A stretch of 64,000 bases of DNA from Adineta vaga (Eukaryota; Animalia; Rotifera). Shown here piece after piece: positions 13,184 to 28,903 of the stretch. The notes beneath the pieces were generated by a model. It was not told where the DNA came from and did not search any database. It saw only the letters and a list, made by a program, of their open reading frames with translations. The DNA lies in NCBI GenBank assembly GCA_021613535.1, contig CP075497.1, forward strand, positions 8,432,001 through 8,496,000. The letters run 5' to 3'. Position 1 is the first letter of the stretch, and every line of letters starts with the position of its first letter. A program made the translations under genes and the position numbers.

Positions 13184-14095
13184 ATGAGTATTGAAAACAT
13201 TGTAAGAATGTATTCAACAACTGAAGAATTACCAGAAAAATTTGCGAATTATCGCATTATTATTCCTTTATCTATGACTGGTGTTTTAATCGCTATTATA
13301 ATCGCTTGTATCATATTACTTTTAGTTCTGTTAAGCAAACGATTACATATAGTAACACATCTATTGATATGTAATACATGTATAGCATCAATCGTATATT
13401 GCATCATTCAATGTGTAAATTACATATTTTTGACATTAATTCCATGGGAAACAAATGATTTTTCATGTCGATGGCGAGGATATTTTGGCTATATGGCAGT
13501 TGCAGCCGTCGTCTATTCATATTTAACTCAAGCCATATCCCGTTTTTTTAATTCTATTCTTTCAACTAAATATCATTGGGCTATATTATATAAAACTCAT
13601 CTAATTCTTATTTTGATTCAATGGGTGATTGTTCTAATAATTCCTTTACCTGCTCTTCTTACTGAAGATATCTACTATCGTCCACATGCTCTATGTTGGG
13701 TATCAATTGAATATACTCTACATATAATATATTCTGTTACTGCTTATTATTTTATTCCAGCAATATTTATCTTTGTTATCTATATTCAAATTTATTTTTA
13801 TATAAAACATCATCAACAGAATATCTTCAATACAACGATACAAGCACGATCAAATCATGATTTACAAATTTTATATAATATTCTCATTTTATTAGTTATC
13901 TATACAGTTGGTGCAATACCAACTTTACTCTATTTATTAACTGAAATTGAAATTTTATATGAAATCGGTATTATATCTGTGTCATTTACAGTAGCAATTG
14001 AAAAATTGATGACACTCTTACTTGATCGTGAAATGAGAAATATGATTCGACTTTATTTTCATCGATCTATGGTACGAATTCAAACGATTACTTGA
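13184..14095 (+). CDS. Intronless divergent 7TM (rhodopsin-like) receptor
   Basis: About seven hydrophobic segments; CRWRGY at the TM3 start, QW in TM4, LCWV in ECL2, YFIP in TM5. First ATG at 13184. Confidence 0.8.
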   Translation: MSIENIVRMYSTTEELPEKFANYRIIIPLSMTGVLIAIIIACIILLLVLLSKRLHIVTHLLICNTCIASIVYCIIQCVNYIFLTLIPWETNDFSCRWRGYFGYMAVAAVVYSYLTQAISRFFNSILSTKYHWAILYKTHLILILIQWVIVLIIPLPALLTEDIYYRPHALCWVSIEYTLHIIYSVTAYYFIPAIFIFVIYIQIYFYIKHHQQNIFNTTIQARSNHDLQILYNILILLVIYTVGAIPTLLYLLTEIEILYEIGIISVSFTVAIEKLMTLLLDREMRNMIRLYFHRSMVRIQTIT

Positions 14096-14347
14096 TTTAA
14101 CTTCATTTCTTTTATTGTTTTATTTATATATCCAAATATCGTCCAAAAGAGAGAATTACATATGCGATCGCGCCTGTTTAAAAAAGAAAAAAATATATAG
14201 AATCAACAATAGTTTTTGAAAACGAAGACAGAAAAAAATGCGATGATAGTAACCGAAGAATGAAGAGAGGTAAACGAATTTCTTTGTATTGTGACTGATT
14301 GATTATAAAAAAAAAGAAGAAGAAGAAGAATTCTATTTCAATTCATT

Positions 14348-15123
14348 TCACATACAATTGATACAATTTGATTGTTTCGCCTGTCCATTTCCTTGTAAAA
14401 CACCGACAGATCCACCAGATGTTGATTCGGATGAAGTTGATGGAGTTTTTTTCAATACAAGTCGTGCCATTTCGAAAAAAGCTTTTTCAATATTTATATT
14501 ATTCTTTGCGGATGTTTCAAGAAATGGAATTGAATGTTCACGAGCCAGGGCTTCACCACGTCCACGAGAAATACAACGTTTATCGTCCATGTCACATTTA
14601 TTACCAATAAGCATTTTGACAACATCATCAGATGCATGATCATCAATATTACGTAGCCATTTATCAATATTTTCGAAAGATCGAGCTTGAGTAACATCAT
14701 AAACGAGCATAATTCCTGTTGCTCCACGATAATAAGATGCTAAAATCAAATGTAGAAAAAGAAATTTCCAGATTCTAATGCAAACTTACTAGTGATAGTA
14801 TGGAAACGTTCTTGACCAGCAGTATCCCTGAATATAAATGATTAGATAATCCACGAGAATTTTATTAAAATAGACATCTAACTTACCATATCTGTAATTT
14901 AATTTTTCTACCATCAAGTTCAATAGTTTTTATTTTAAAATCAATTCCAATTGTAGAAATAAAAGATGCATTAAAGGAATCATCAGAAAAACGAAATAAA
15001 ACACATGTCTAAAAGTTTGAATTCACTATAAAATAAAACATTCAATTGTTTACTTACTTTTCCAACACCACTATCACCGATTAATAGTAATTTAAATAGA
15101 AGATCATAATTCTTTTTGGCCAT
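14348..15123 (-). CDS. RAB10: Ras-related protein Rab10 (possible in-frame upstream exon 15444-15292)
   Basis: [32 protein letters not shown]...[20 protein letters not shown]...GNKCD...ETSAK; three introns. Confidence 0.92.
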
Positions 15124-16173
15124 TCTGTGGCCAATATTCTACAAATAGACGAAAAAAAACATCATTTTAGAATTCGTATAGAGCTATCAATAAATATCTC
15201 TTTTAATGTACATAAAAAAGAAAAGTTAATGTATATCATTAATATCGATTATTCATCAATCAATATAGTAAGAACAACAACCACAAACTACCTTCTGACT
15301 TATGTCGATAGTTGATGAAGTATCACGTTTGAGAGATTGATGTCGACATGATAACGATGATGTACGTTCATGAAACCAATGTTGTGCATATTCACTCGTT
15401 CGTTTTAATGAGAAACATCGACGACGATAATGGTGACCAGACATAATCGAAATTCTGCTACAGCTGACGACACTAACTCAATCTCGACGACAACTGACTA
15501 AGAATCATTATCAATAGCCATCAGGTGTTGAACAGAAAGGAGAGAATGAGAGAAAGGAAATCGAATATTATACTTAACCCCGAAGGTAATGACAGACAGG
15601 CTACAGAATAGAGATGATCGGCATTTTTTTTTCTTTCTTTCTTTCTCTTTCTTTCTCCGATTACTTTACTTGTGTATACATGTACACCATCATCGATGTT
15701 CATCCAATAAAAATCATTAAAAAAACGAAGGAGAGCGATAGAAAAAGATATCATCACATGAGTTGTATATGTATACATATATATATATATATACTTTACT
15801 TCACGCTTCAAAACAATTGAACGAATGTCTGTTCATACGTGAAGTCTAATCAATGACCACCATCACTATCATTCTCATATTACATTCTCTTCTCATTTTC
15901 TCGCATTTATTCATTCTTTCTCATACTTTCAGTTAATCACTACAAACGCAAAAGAATAAAACAAAGACAAAACACGAGTGTTATATTCTTTTGTTTTGAT
16001 ACATATAGATGGAATAGACAAAAACGTTTATATGTATATAATATCGTATGAAAAAATACTACGACACAAAAATAGGACTCGGATAAGAAATTCATCTGCC
16101 TAAAGATCTTAGGAAAAAACATCAAACAAGACAAGAAACACAAATAAAATACGATATAGAAAAAGTCCTATGC

Positions 16174-18144
16174 TTATAAATTGAGAAAGATACTACGAGA
16201 ATCTTCCACATATTGTTTAATTTTTCGAAGAAATAGAACAGCATCACGACCATCTAAAATACGATGATCATATGTAAGTGCCACATACATCATTGGACGA
16301 ATTTCAATCTAACCAAAGAAAAATAGAAGTAATATGCTTCAAAATACATGCGCATATAAATATGACATACTTTTCCATTGATAACAACTGGTCGATCGAA
16401 TATGCCATGCATGCCGAGAATGGCTGATTGTGGTGGATTGATAATTGGTGTGCCAAACAAAGAACCGAAGACGCCTCCATTACTATAACAAATAGTTATC
16501 AAATGAGTCAAAGAAAAAATACAATGAATCAAATTTTACCTTATAGTAAATGTTCCACCATCCATATCTTCAATTGCTAGATTTCCCTTTTTCGCCTAAG
16601 AAATTCATATTTAAAAATAGAAAGAAAGTAATAGGAAAACGAAATTTAATTTACTTTTTCACCATATTCATTTATTGAACGTTCAATATCTGCATAACTC
16701 ATTTGTTCAACATTTCGAAGAACTGGCACAACTAAACCCTACAAACCAAAAATCAATTTTTTAATAAATCAATTTTTTCTCTAGTTAAATAACCTTTGGC
16801 GAAGCAACTGCTACGCTAATATCAACATAATCACGATAGACAATTTCATTTCCATCAATAACTGAAGTAGAAAAATGATTAATTTTCATAAGATTATTCT
16901 TGATGAGATCTTTTACCTGCATTAACAGTTGGATTATCGATTAGTGCACATGCTGATGCTTTGACAAATGCAGACATAAATCCTAATTTTAAATTATGAC
17001 GTTTTAAAAATTGATCAGCATATTTTTTACGAAACTCAACAATATTGCTACAATAAAATCAATCATAAACTTAAGAAAGTCAATTTCTCCAATAATACCT
17101 CATGTCAATTTCATTAAAAGTTGTTAACATCGCACAAGTATTTTGTGCTTCTTTGAGACGTTCAGCAATTTTTAAACGCATTCTTGACATCTTTACACGT
17201 GTTTCAGATCGTGTACCGCTGATTTTGTTTGGATTGTTATCACTAGCGTTTTGCGTTGCAGGTGCACTGGCTTTTGATGGTACAGAAGTATCATGTTTCG
17301 CACCTTCTTTTGGAGTTAATGTAGCAGATGGTTTCGATGGAGTCGAACTTTCAGATGATTTTTGTTTTGAAAGTTGAGAATCATCTTTATTGGTCGATTT
17401 ACTTGAATCATCTTTTGTTTCTGCAGCATCAATTTCATTACTCGACGTGCTTTCTTTACTTTTTGATGATGCTGATTTGTCATGATCATCACCACCACCA
17501 CTGGTATTAAGCTTTGCTACTTGAGCTCCCGAAGTAACATTATCCCCATCACGACAAGTAATTCTTCTATTGTACCTGCTTGTGGAGCATTCACACTTAA
17601 ATTTGTTTTGTCAGTTTCAATTTCTGCAATTGTTTCATCAGCTGAAACTTTATCTCCAACTTTTTTTAATAAACGAATGGTACCATCTTTTACAGATTCA
17701 GGAAATGATGGCGTTGTGACATTCACTGAATCAACTAATTCAAATCAATAGGATATGAAATGTTTGTTTAAGAATTTCAAAGTAAACATACAGAATATTG
17801 GACTGGTATGAAGATGTCGAGCGAATACATAAACTGAACCAGACGAAGAATCACTCGGAAATGTTTGATCAGAGAGAGTCTACAGAAGACAACACAATTT
17901 AATAGAGAATTTCGTCTTTTATACTTTATCATCCATTCTCAACCTTGAAAATGATTGATATACATACTCGTTTGCTAGATTTATTATTATCGGTAGTTAG
18001 AGTTCGATTTGATGACAATGGTAAAGTTGAATAGGAATATTGTTGTTGATTTTGACATGGTGTATATTTTGATGCTGTAGTAACACTTGAACTCGAACGT
18101 AATGCCCGTAAAGATGCACTACGTAATGAGACAATATGAGACAT
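16174..18144 (-). CDS. DLST: Dihydrolipoamide succinyltransferase (E2 of 2-oxoglutarate dehydrogenase), mitochondrial
   Basis: Arg/Ser-rich presequence, lipoyl motif [31 protein letters not shown] and catalytic [10 protein letters not shown]. Confidence 0.95.
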
Positions 18145-19404
18145 ACTTATCTAAAAATGTTAATAGTGAAATTACCAACAAACGTAAGTGATATATACAT
18201 ATTGTTCTGCTTCGTTGAATTTCAATCTCTGATGTCATAAACAAAAACTGTTTTACCTATATTTAAATGATAGTTATGTAGAATCAAAATTTCATCATCA
18301 TTTCAACATTAAACATGTTAATAGGACATGAAAATAATAGAACGTTCATGCTCACTTCATGGTTTTTAAAAGAATACGAAGAATGATTTAGAAATGATGG
18401 TACGTAAATATTTGACCGGAAACAAGTGTATCCAGAAGAAAAAAAGTGATATAATCACATATAATAATGCATAATTGTTTTATTATTTGTCTTCACTCAT
18501 TATGCTCTCTCTATGAATTTTGAAATACCGACAAAAAATACTTTCGAGTCTACTATCTATGTTACTTATGTGATGTTAAAATGTGTATTCAATTAAATTG
18601 TTTGATGTCAATCCTACAGAGTTGAACTAAAATATGTTGAATAATAAGAATTCTTTAGAAAAAACTCAATTGTAAATTCATCTTAGGAATTAGTTTCTAA
18701 ATAATAGAGCTATTTAATCACCAAAGAATGCATTCTCTTCTCTTATTACTTGTAGTTATTTATGTTGCGTCTATTTTTAACTACCAATATGTTCTAGAAC
18801 ATAGTAATAGTGTAATATGAATTTAATTCGATGTCAAAGGATCGGATCGATATCGTTCATGGCAGAATACTTCTTCTGAGAAAGATATTCGCCACTACAA
18901 ATCTTGTCATTACTGACTAATTGTAAATAATCACATATGATAATTTAAGTATACAGAAATGAAATTTAATAGTTTACATTTACATACTAGACTAGGGAGT
19001 CCTAAATACAAAGTTCGTTCGTTTGATCTGTTCTCTTAACCATATGATTGTTTATTATTGACCAATCGAACACAGTGAATAGGAAGATGTCACTATTCGC
19101 CATGAGAAACTTTTCTAATCAAAAAGAAAAGTATCTATAATTGATTTATTTCAGATTTTTATCTTCACTTACAATCTACTAGGTTTGAAATATTATAAAT
19201 AATTAAAGTTTTATTTTGAGACATATTTTGTTATGGAAATACCAAATCACCTGTATATATCCAATTGTTTCGTAATCAAGGTGATTATACAATAATTAAA
19301 ATTATTTTTTTTGTCTCCTTTGTTCTTTTCTTCTATAACTATATATAATAAATCAGGCATGACAATAGATACAGACATTAATCCATTCTGTACTCAATAC
19401 AATC

Positions 19405-19941
19405 ATGACAATCTCACCAGCAAATATAGCTTTAAACACAACTCATACAGAACATATATCACCGTATGATATAAATGGTTCTATAATATATATAATTGTT
19501 GTTGTGATATGGTACGCCATTGGTTTTGGTCTTATACTAATTGATGATATTAATCCTCAACCAGGTCGTGTTGAATCACGTAAATATGTAAGTGTTTATC
19601 AAACAGTCAATGATTTACATGAACAACAAGCACGAAATGATATCTTAATTGAACTAAAAGACCAAAATAGGCGAACAAAATTATGGCAAATTTATTATGG
19701 TACACAAAAAAGTCATCCAGCAACGATTCAAAAAGATGAAGAAGCAATTGAATTAATTGCTAAACAATTAAATGACTTAAAAGAACAACGTCGTTTACTT
19801 CGAAATGCTTTTAATGAAGGTAGTCTTGATCGACCAGATGATGATTATAATTATGCCAATAGTGATTCCAGCAGTCATCATAGTGTTTCAACGATTAGGA
19901 AAAGTAAATCAACTGAACATATGAAACTTTATTTTAAATAA
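19405..19941 (+). CDS. Intronless single-pass membrane protein of unknown function
   Basis: 178-aa ORF with one TM helix (IIYIIVVVIWYAIGFGLILI) and a short C-terminal coiled coil. AATAAA overlaps the stop codon. Confidence 0.7.
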   Translation: MTISPANIALNTTHTEHISPYDINGSIIYIIVVVIWYAIGFGLILIDDINPQPGRVESRKYVSVYQTVNDLHEQQARNDILIELKDQNRRTKLWQIYYGTQKSHPATIQKDEEAIELIAKQLNDLKEQRRLLRNAFNEGSLDRPDDDYNYANSDSSSHHSVSTIRKSKSTEHMKLYFK

Positions 19942-19951
19942 AGATCTTTTT

Positions 19952-20709
19952 TTGTTCGATACCTACGTCTTGAACGATGACTTATCCGAGTGGTACTTGC
20001 ATAGTGCGTTATACAAGGAAATTTCTTACACAAGAGAGCGTACCTATCCTTGCAAGAACGCCTACGCAAAATACAACATAACGGGTATATTTCATATGGA
20101 TTTGTGGATTGAGAAGCCTAGTAAACGAAATCATGTATATATATATATATATGTGCATATGTACGGCTCTCTCTCTCTCTCTCTTTCCTACTTGAATTTG
20201 TCCATTGAAATATATTTGTTGATTAAGATTTATTCGAGCGGTACTAATAACAGGTTTACTCGATTTATCTCGCTTGCTCTCTTTGCATATTGATCCGATT
20301 GCGTTATAGTTTACATAGGAAAAAAAATGAGCGAGAGAGAAGAGAGAGAGAGAAAATTTGAGAGATTTGAGAGCATACAATGACAACGAATTAAAAATGC
20401 TGCCACTTGTAAAATCAGTCGACGAACGTATGCAAAGCATAGAAATGCAAACGGCACTGTTTAGATAAGAATATTAACAATTATAGGTTGTGAAGAGAAG
20501 GAGCGCAAGAGAGTACACGCGAAAGAACATGCTCCCTATGGCTGCTGATGGTCGTCGTATCAACTACCTGACTGCTAGAATGTTTGTTCTAATCGGATGG
20601 TGGTTGAAAGCAATGTTTGTTCACTTTTCTTTCTCGTTTGGAATGAGACAATAAAACAGGGAGGGAAAAAGGAAACATAGTTCAAGCGACTTTCGTCATT
20701 GATCAACAA
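19952..20709 (+). ncRNA. Candidate large structured non-coding RNA or structured 3'UTR, family unassigned
   Basis: Non-coding and locally richer in G+C, with about ten mutually compatible nested helices found by eye (see findings). Strand is inferred from G-U pairs. Confidence 0.45.
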
Positions 20710-20909
20710 GAAATAGAATTATGATTGCCGCAAGAAGTAACATTTTATCACATTATAGGAAAAAGAAATGTTCTCAACTTTTTTTTCTCTAAAATATCAA
20801 ATTTTAATCTGAATAAGTATGTAATATTCGATTGAGTAATGAATTCTTCGAACATTTATTTATCGATAAAGATAATACAGAGACAAAGAAGAAAAAAATT
20901 AATAATCAT

Positions 20910-23029
20910 TTAACCATGTGTGACTTGATATACATCAAGTTTATATCTATTCCAGATAGTTTGTAACCATTGATATGTTGTTCCGCCATCTTTAACATGA
21001 TAAGGTTCTTCGAAAGCATTGTGGTCTAAATCAAGATGAAATCCGAATTGTTCTATCAGATCAAACGTATATTTTTGTTGTTTTAAGTGTATGAGATCAG
21101 TTCTACAAGTGCCTGGAAGGACAACAAACACTTGTATATTACTTATTGAATGTCTGTTAAATATGTCTTTAATAGTTCTGTCAAGATTTTCACGTTTTGT
21201 ACCTTGAAGATCAATAATAATTGTGTCTAACGTTTTATTAACTTCTAATTTTGACATTCGTTTTATTAAATAACCCGGCGGCATATATGTATGATATGTA
21301 ACAAGAATTCTTTTATTTAAATCATCTGCAAAGAGTACATTTTTTGCTGTTGATAGAGGATAATCATGAATATGTTGTAAAGCAGGTAACAGACCGCCTT
21401 GATGCATATGACCATAGAGTATGGCAATAGCGATATTGAATGCAACCCATAAACGAAAGATAATCTTATGAAGATTATGTGTAATTAGTAGAGGAACGAT
21501 AAAAAGTATCAATGGAAATAGAAGCGGAAGAAGAAATCGAGGTTCTTGATGTGGAAATGTTGATAATGGAATAAATGGTACCAAATAGAGATATGCTAGA
21601 AGTGATGAAGTCAGTTGTACTAGGAAAAAAAACATGGATAGATTAGAAATATTCATTTTATTCAATCTTACATGATTGTTCATTTGTCGTCGGTCTTCGT
21701 TGGAAGATCTGTGAGAGTCGATCAATCATGACTTGCCGATAAAGTTTAAAATTCAACAATTGAAATGCACCCCATAAAATCACACATAGATGAAGTGGAC
21801 CAAATAGAATGGTTGCATTAACAATAAAATGAAGCCATGGTGGATGAAGACCATGTTTATCTAAATTAGTTGCATCGATATTGTATAAAATAAAATTCAA
21901 TGGACATATAATTAAACGATTTTTTAAATCGAATGTAAATGAAAATCCATTGTTATAATAATACGAATCAAAAAGAATTAAAAGACCAGACGTAAGAATA
22001 AATGATCCAACAATAAATGAAATCGTTCGACTTAATAATAATTGAAAACGAAATGAATGATTGATCGTTGGAAGAATATGTGTAAACCAATAAATGAGTG
22101 GAACAATCGCAAAAGCTGGGAATGTTGGACGATTAAAAATACCCAATGCACAAATAAAACCAATTGCTGATGAAGTTAATGTCAAATACCAATCAGTAAC
22201 CGTTGTCTGAGTGATTGTTTGAATTGAATTTTGATCTGAAGAAGTATCTGATGTGTTTTCATTGGGAGAATTAATAGCAATTGATAATAATGATGATACA
22301 TTAAGGTTAATTAGATAGATGAGAGCAAGGAAAAGAAAAGCTTCGAATGAATTTGATAATGTTCTTGTAAAGAATACCAATGTTACATGAGCAATACCAT
22401 AATAATTCATGATTATTCCTTGTTGTTTAGATGTAAAATTTGGATAGAATATTTTGATTAAACGATGAAAGAAAATATCTGTACATAATGAAAGAAAAAG
22501 TATCACAGAACGTGGAAAGATCAATTTCAAATGGAATGGAATTGTAGACCAATGAAATATAGATGAAAGCCATGAAAGAATAGATACAGGTAAACCATAG
22601 AGTAGATAAAGAATAGCAACTGAACGTAAAGGTGCTGTTGGATTAAATTCATGTGTTCGTGTTAAATTAGTTCGAAAGAAATCGTCTAATGAATTGAGAA
22701 GAAATCTCGTATATGAAATTCCTTTTATAATAGATATCTGCTAATACATACCAAATACAACTTCTGGTCCTTGAAAAAATTCATCCTATAATTAAAAAAA
22801 TTTTTCATTCATTTATATCAAAGTGATTCTCTCTTACTGGATGTATATATCCACGCTGTGGATATACTAATGTCCATAGAATTCGTGTAATCACACCTAT
22901 AAAATACCATTTATATTCCGATTGATATATATGATATTTAGTAGACAATGATGATTCACGATTTGATCTGTTTACTTTTCGTGAATGAGTATTATCACCA
23001 GATTGTTGAGAAAGTGTTGTCGTTTTCAT
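20910..23029 (-). CDS. PIGZ: GPI mannosyltransferase 4 (ALG9-like GT22 family)
   Basis: PQRGYIHPDEFFQGPEV, TRTLSNSFEA, GIFNRPTF, HGLHPPWLH, PHQEPRFLLPL and HQGG; multi-TM. Confidence 0.9.
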
Positions 23030-23175
23030 AGATTATTATTTTCTAATCAATAGATAAACAAATTAATATGTTTCTATTATTGAAATCAAAAGGCGCCCAA
23101 ACAAAACAATCCTGACAAAGAAAAGTTTATTTTTAAATAAGTTTTTATTAAAGAAAATCAGAACTGAATTCTTTT

Positions 23176-24371
23176 CTATTTCATTAAACGTGTCCATCGT
23201 TCACTAATTAACCACAAACGTTTAGCATCCTTTTCATTCGTTGCATTCGCTACAACAGGTTCTTCTTTCATATCACTAAAATATTTTCCACATTGACCTT
23301 CTAATTTTGGATCTAGAGCACATTGTAATACAGCTTGAGCGCCTTGCATTGGTGTTTTCATAAATGCTTTTAAAGCAGGACCGATAATTACTCGACTGAT
23401 TATTGATTTATCAATTGTATGACGTGCAATATCTGTTCGAGTAATTCCAGGATTGACACAATTCGCTGTTACACCCGAACCTAATCGATAGAATAAATGT
23501 TAACATTTCCATATGGTTCATTTTCATATCAACCTGAATAGTGCCGACAGAATTCTTTTGTCGCTAAAACAATTGCAAGTGCTGCTTGTTCATAAGCAAT
23601 TTTTGGATTGAAAGTCTTTTTTGATATATTTAAATCCTCAAAATCAATTTGTCCCCGCTTATACATTGATGATGTTACATTAACAATTCGACTTGGTGAA
23701 CATTTACTTAATTTATCAACTAATAAATTCGTTAGAAGAAAATGTCCTAAAGAAGAACAACAATGAAAATAAAACAAGTTTTTTCATTTCAATTCAACTC
23801 ACACACCAAGATAGTTTACACCTAGATGTTGTTCGAAACCATCTTTTGTTAATTTCGATGGATGCCACATAACACCAGCATTGTTAATCAATAGATGAAG
23901 ATATTTTTCATTCTTATTAATATCTTCAGCAAAATGTTTTATCGATTCAATCGAAGCTAGATCACATTCTCGACAAATAACGTTCGTATTAAATGAATCA
24001 GCAACGATCTTTTCTCGTGTTTCTTCACATTTTTTCATATCACGACAAGCCATTATTACACGTGCACCTGAAGAAATCAATTCAATTCATTTCTTTTTCT
24101 CATTCATACTTATTAGTCATACCTCGTCGAGCAAGGTCATGTGCAACTTCTTTTCCAATTCCTGTATTAGCACCGGTAACAATTGCTGTCTTACCAAATA
24201 ATTGTTCATTGCCTGTATATTGTGCTTTGACGAAATATTCTCTTTTAATCAAAATAAATTCATTGAATGATAGAAGAGAATTTGAAAATAAACGTACCGA
24301 TAGAGTACTAAACCACCATAGATGCCTGCGGCACCAGTTAATGAAACGGTAATTGTTCGCATAAACGACAT
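23176..24371 (-). CDS. Retinol dehydrogenase 11-14/RDH13-like SDR with YxxxK changed to YEQAA
   Basis: TGANTGIG, MACRD, CDLAS, LINNAGVM, GVNYLGHFLLT, NPG and AKRLWLISERW. Confidence 0.9.
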
Positions 24372-24989
24372 GATCTGAAACGCGAGATTTCGATCTCTTG
24401 CTTAGATATAAACTTTAATACTTAGAATATTTCTTTTGTTATTTCATCATCTTTTCGTTTGTATAGTTTTTATAAAAAAAATTCTTACAAGATTTGTTTT
24501 TTTTTTGTTTTGTTTTAGTGCGTGTAATCAGAATGTGAAAGAAACAAAACAGAAGGAAATGAATCGTAAGAGAAACAAAGATGACAACAACAAAATACAT
24601 GAAATAAAATATCGACTGTTGTCTCTTACTCAATCTATACATACGCACAGGAGGAAGAGAAGAAGAATGAATCTGAACTGACAAATCTCTTTTTCCTATC
24701 ATCCGAGATCGACAGAAGAAAACAAAAACCAAATACACAAATGACAATGAGACATACATATACATAAATAGATAGATTGAATAAAGAAGAAGGAAACAAA
24801 ATGCACAAAACAAAAGACACAAAGAAAAAGAAAATATCGTGTTTAAATATTCGCGCACGTATACATTGATAACCAACACATGTTTTTCTTTCTTTCTCGG
24901 ATAATCAGAAAACGAATTGATTCTTATTTATCTTATGTGTAATTAAGATTTTGTAACGACACCTGAGTGGAGAAGTATGTAAATATAAT

Positions 24990-28697
<3,708 letters not shown>

Positions 28698-28860
28698 CGA
28701 TTTAGGATTGTTCTTCGGAATTCGAAATAGGAATTGTCTAAAAGATCAAAGTAGAAAACTCTTTTCTAGTAAATAGTTTTAGAATTTTAACAAATGTTAT
28801 TGGCATCTGTCACAAACTGTTTGAAACGAGAGAGAAAAGAGACAGATAGAGAAAGAACGA

Positions 28861-28903
28861 GAACGAACGAACGAACGAACGAACAAACAATAATAATAAT
28901 AAT
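28861..28903. repeat. (GAAC)6 followed by (AAT)5 microsatellite upstream of SMEK
   Basis: Read directly from the sequence. Confidence 0.9.

Noticed and set aside
20160-20172. GAGCCGTA on the - strand resembling the start of group II intron domain V
   Set aside because: There is no matching D5 3' strand, domain VI or recognisable splice boundaries.
19952-20440. ORFs 19952-20293 (+) and 20009-20440 (-)
   Set aside because: They run through (TA)n and (CT)n microsatellites and give low-complexity translations with no motifs; likely spurious.
20686-20698. GACGAAAGTCG (- strand) resembling RNase P/MRP CR-I or a hammerhead GAAA
   Set aside because: No complementary CR-V/P4 pseudoknot and no CUGANGA core in the right position.
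21620-21731. Apparent frameshift between overlapping PIGZ ORFs
   Set aside because: Resolved by an ordinary 52-nt phase-1 intron (21671-21620).
24436-24900. Several hydrophobic ORFs
   Set aside because: Low-complexity A/T-rich 3'UTR of SMEK; F/L/K-rich artefacts.
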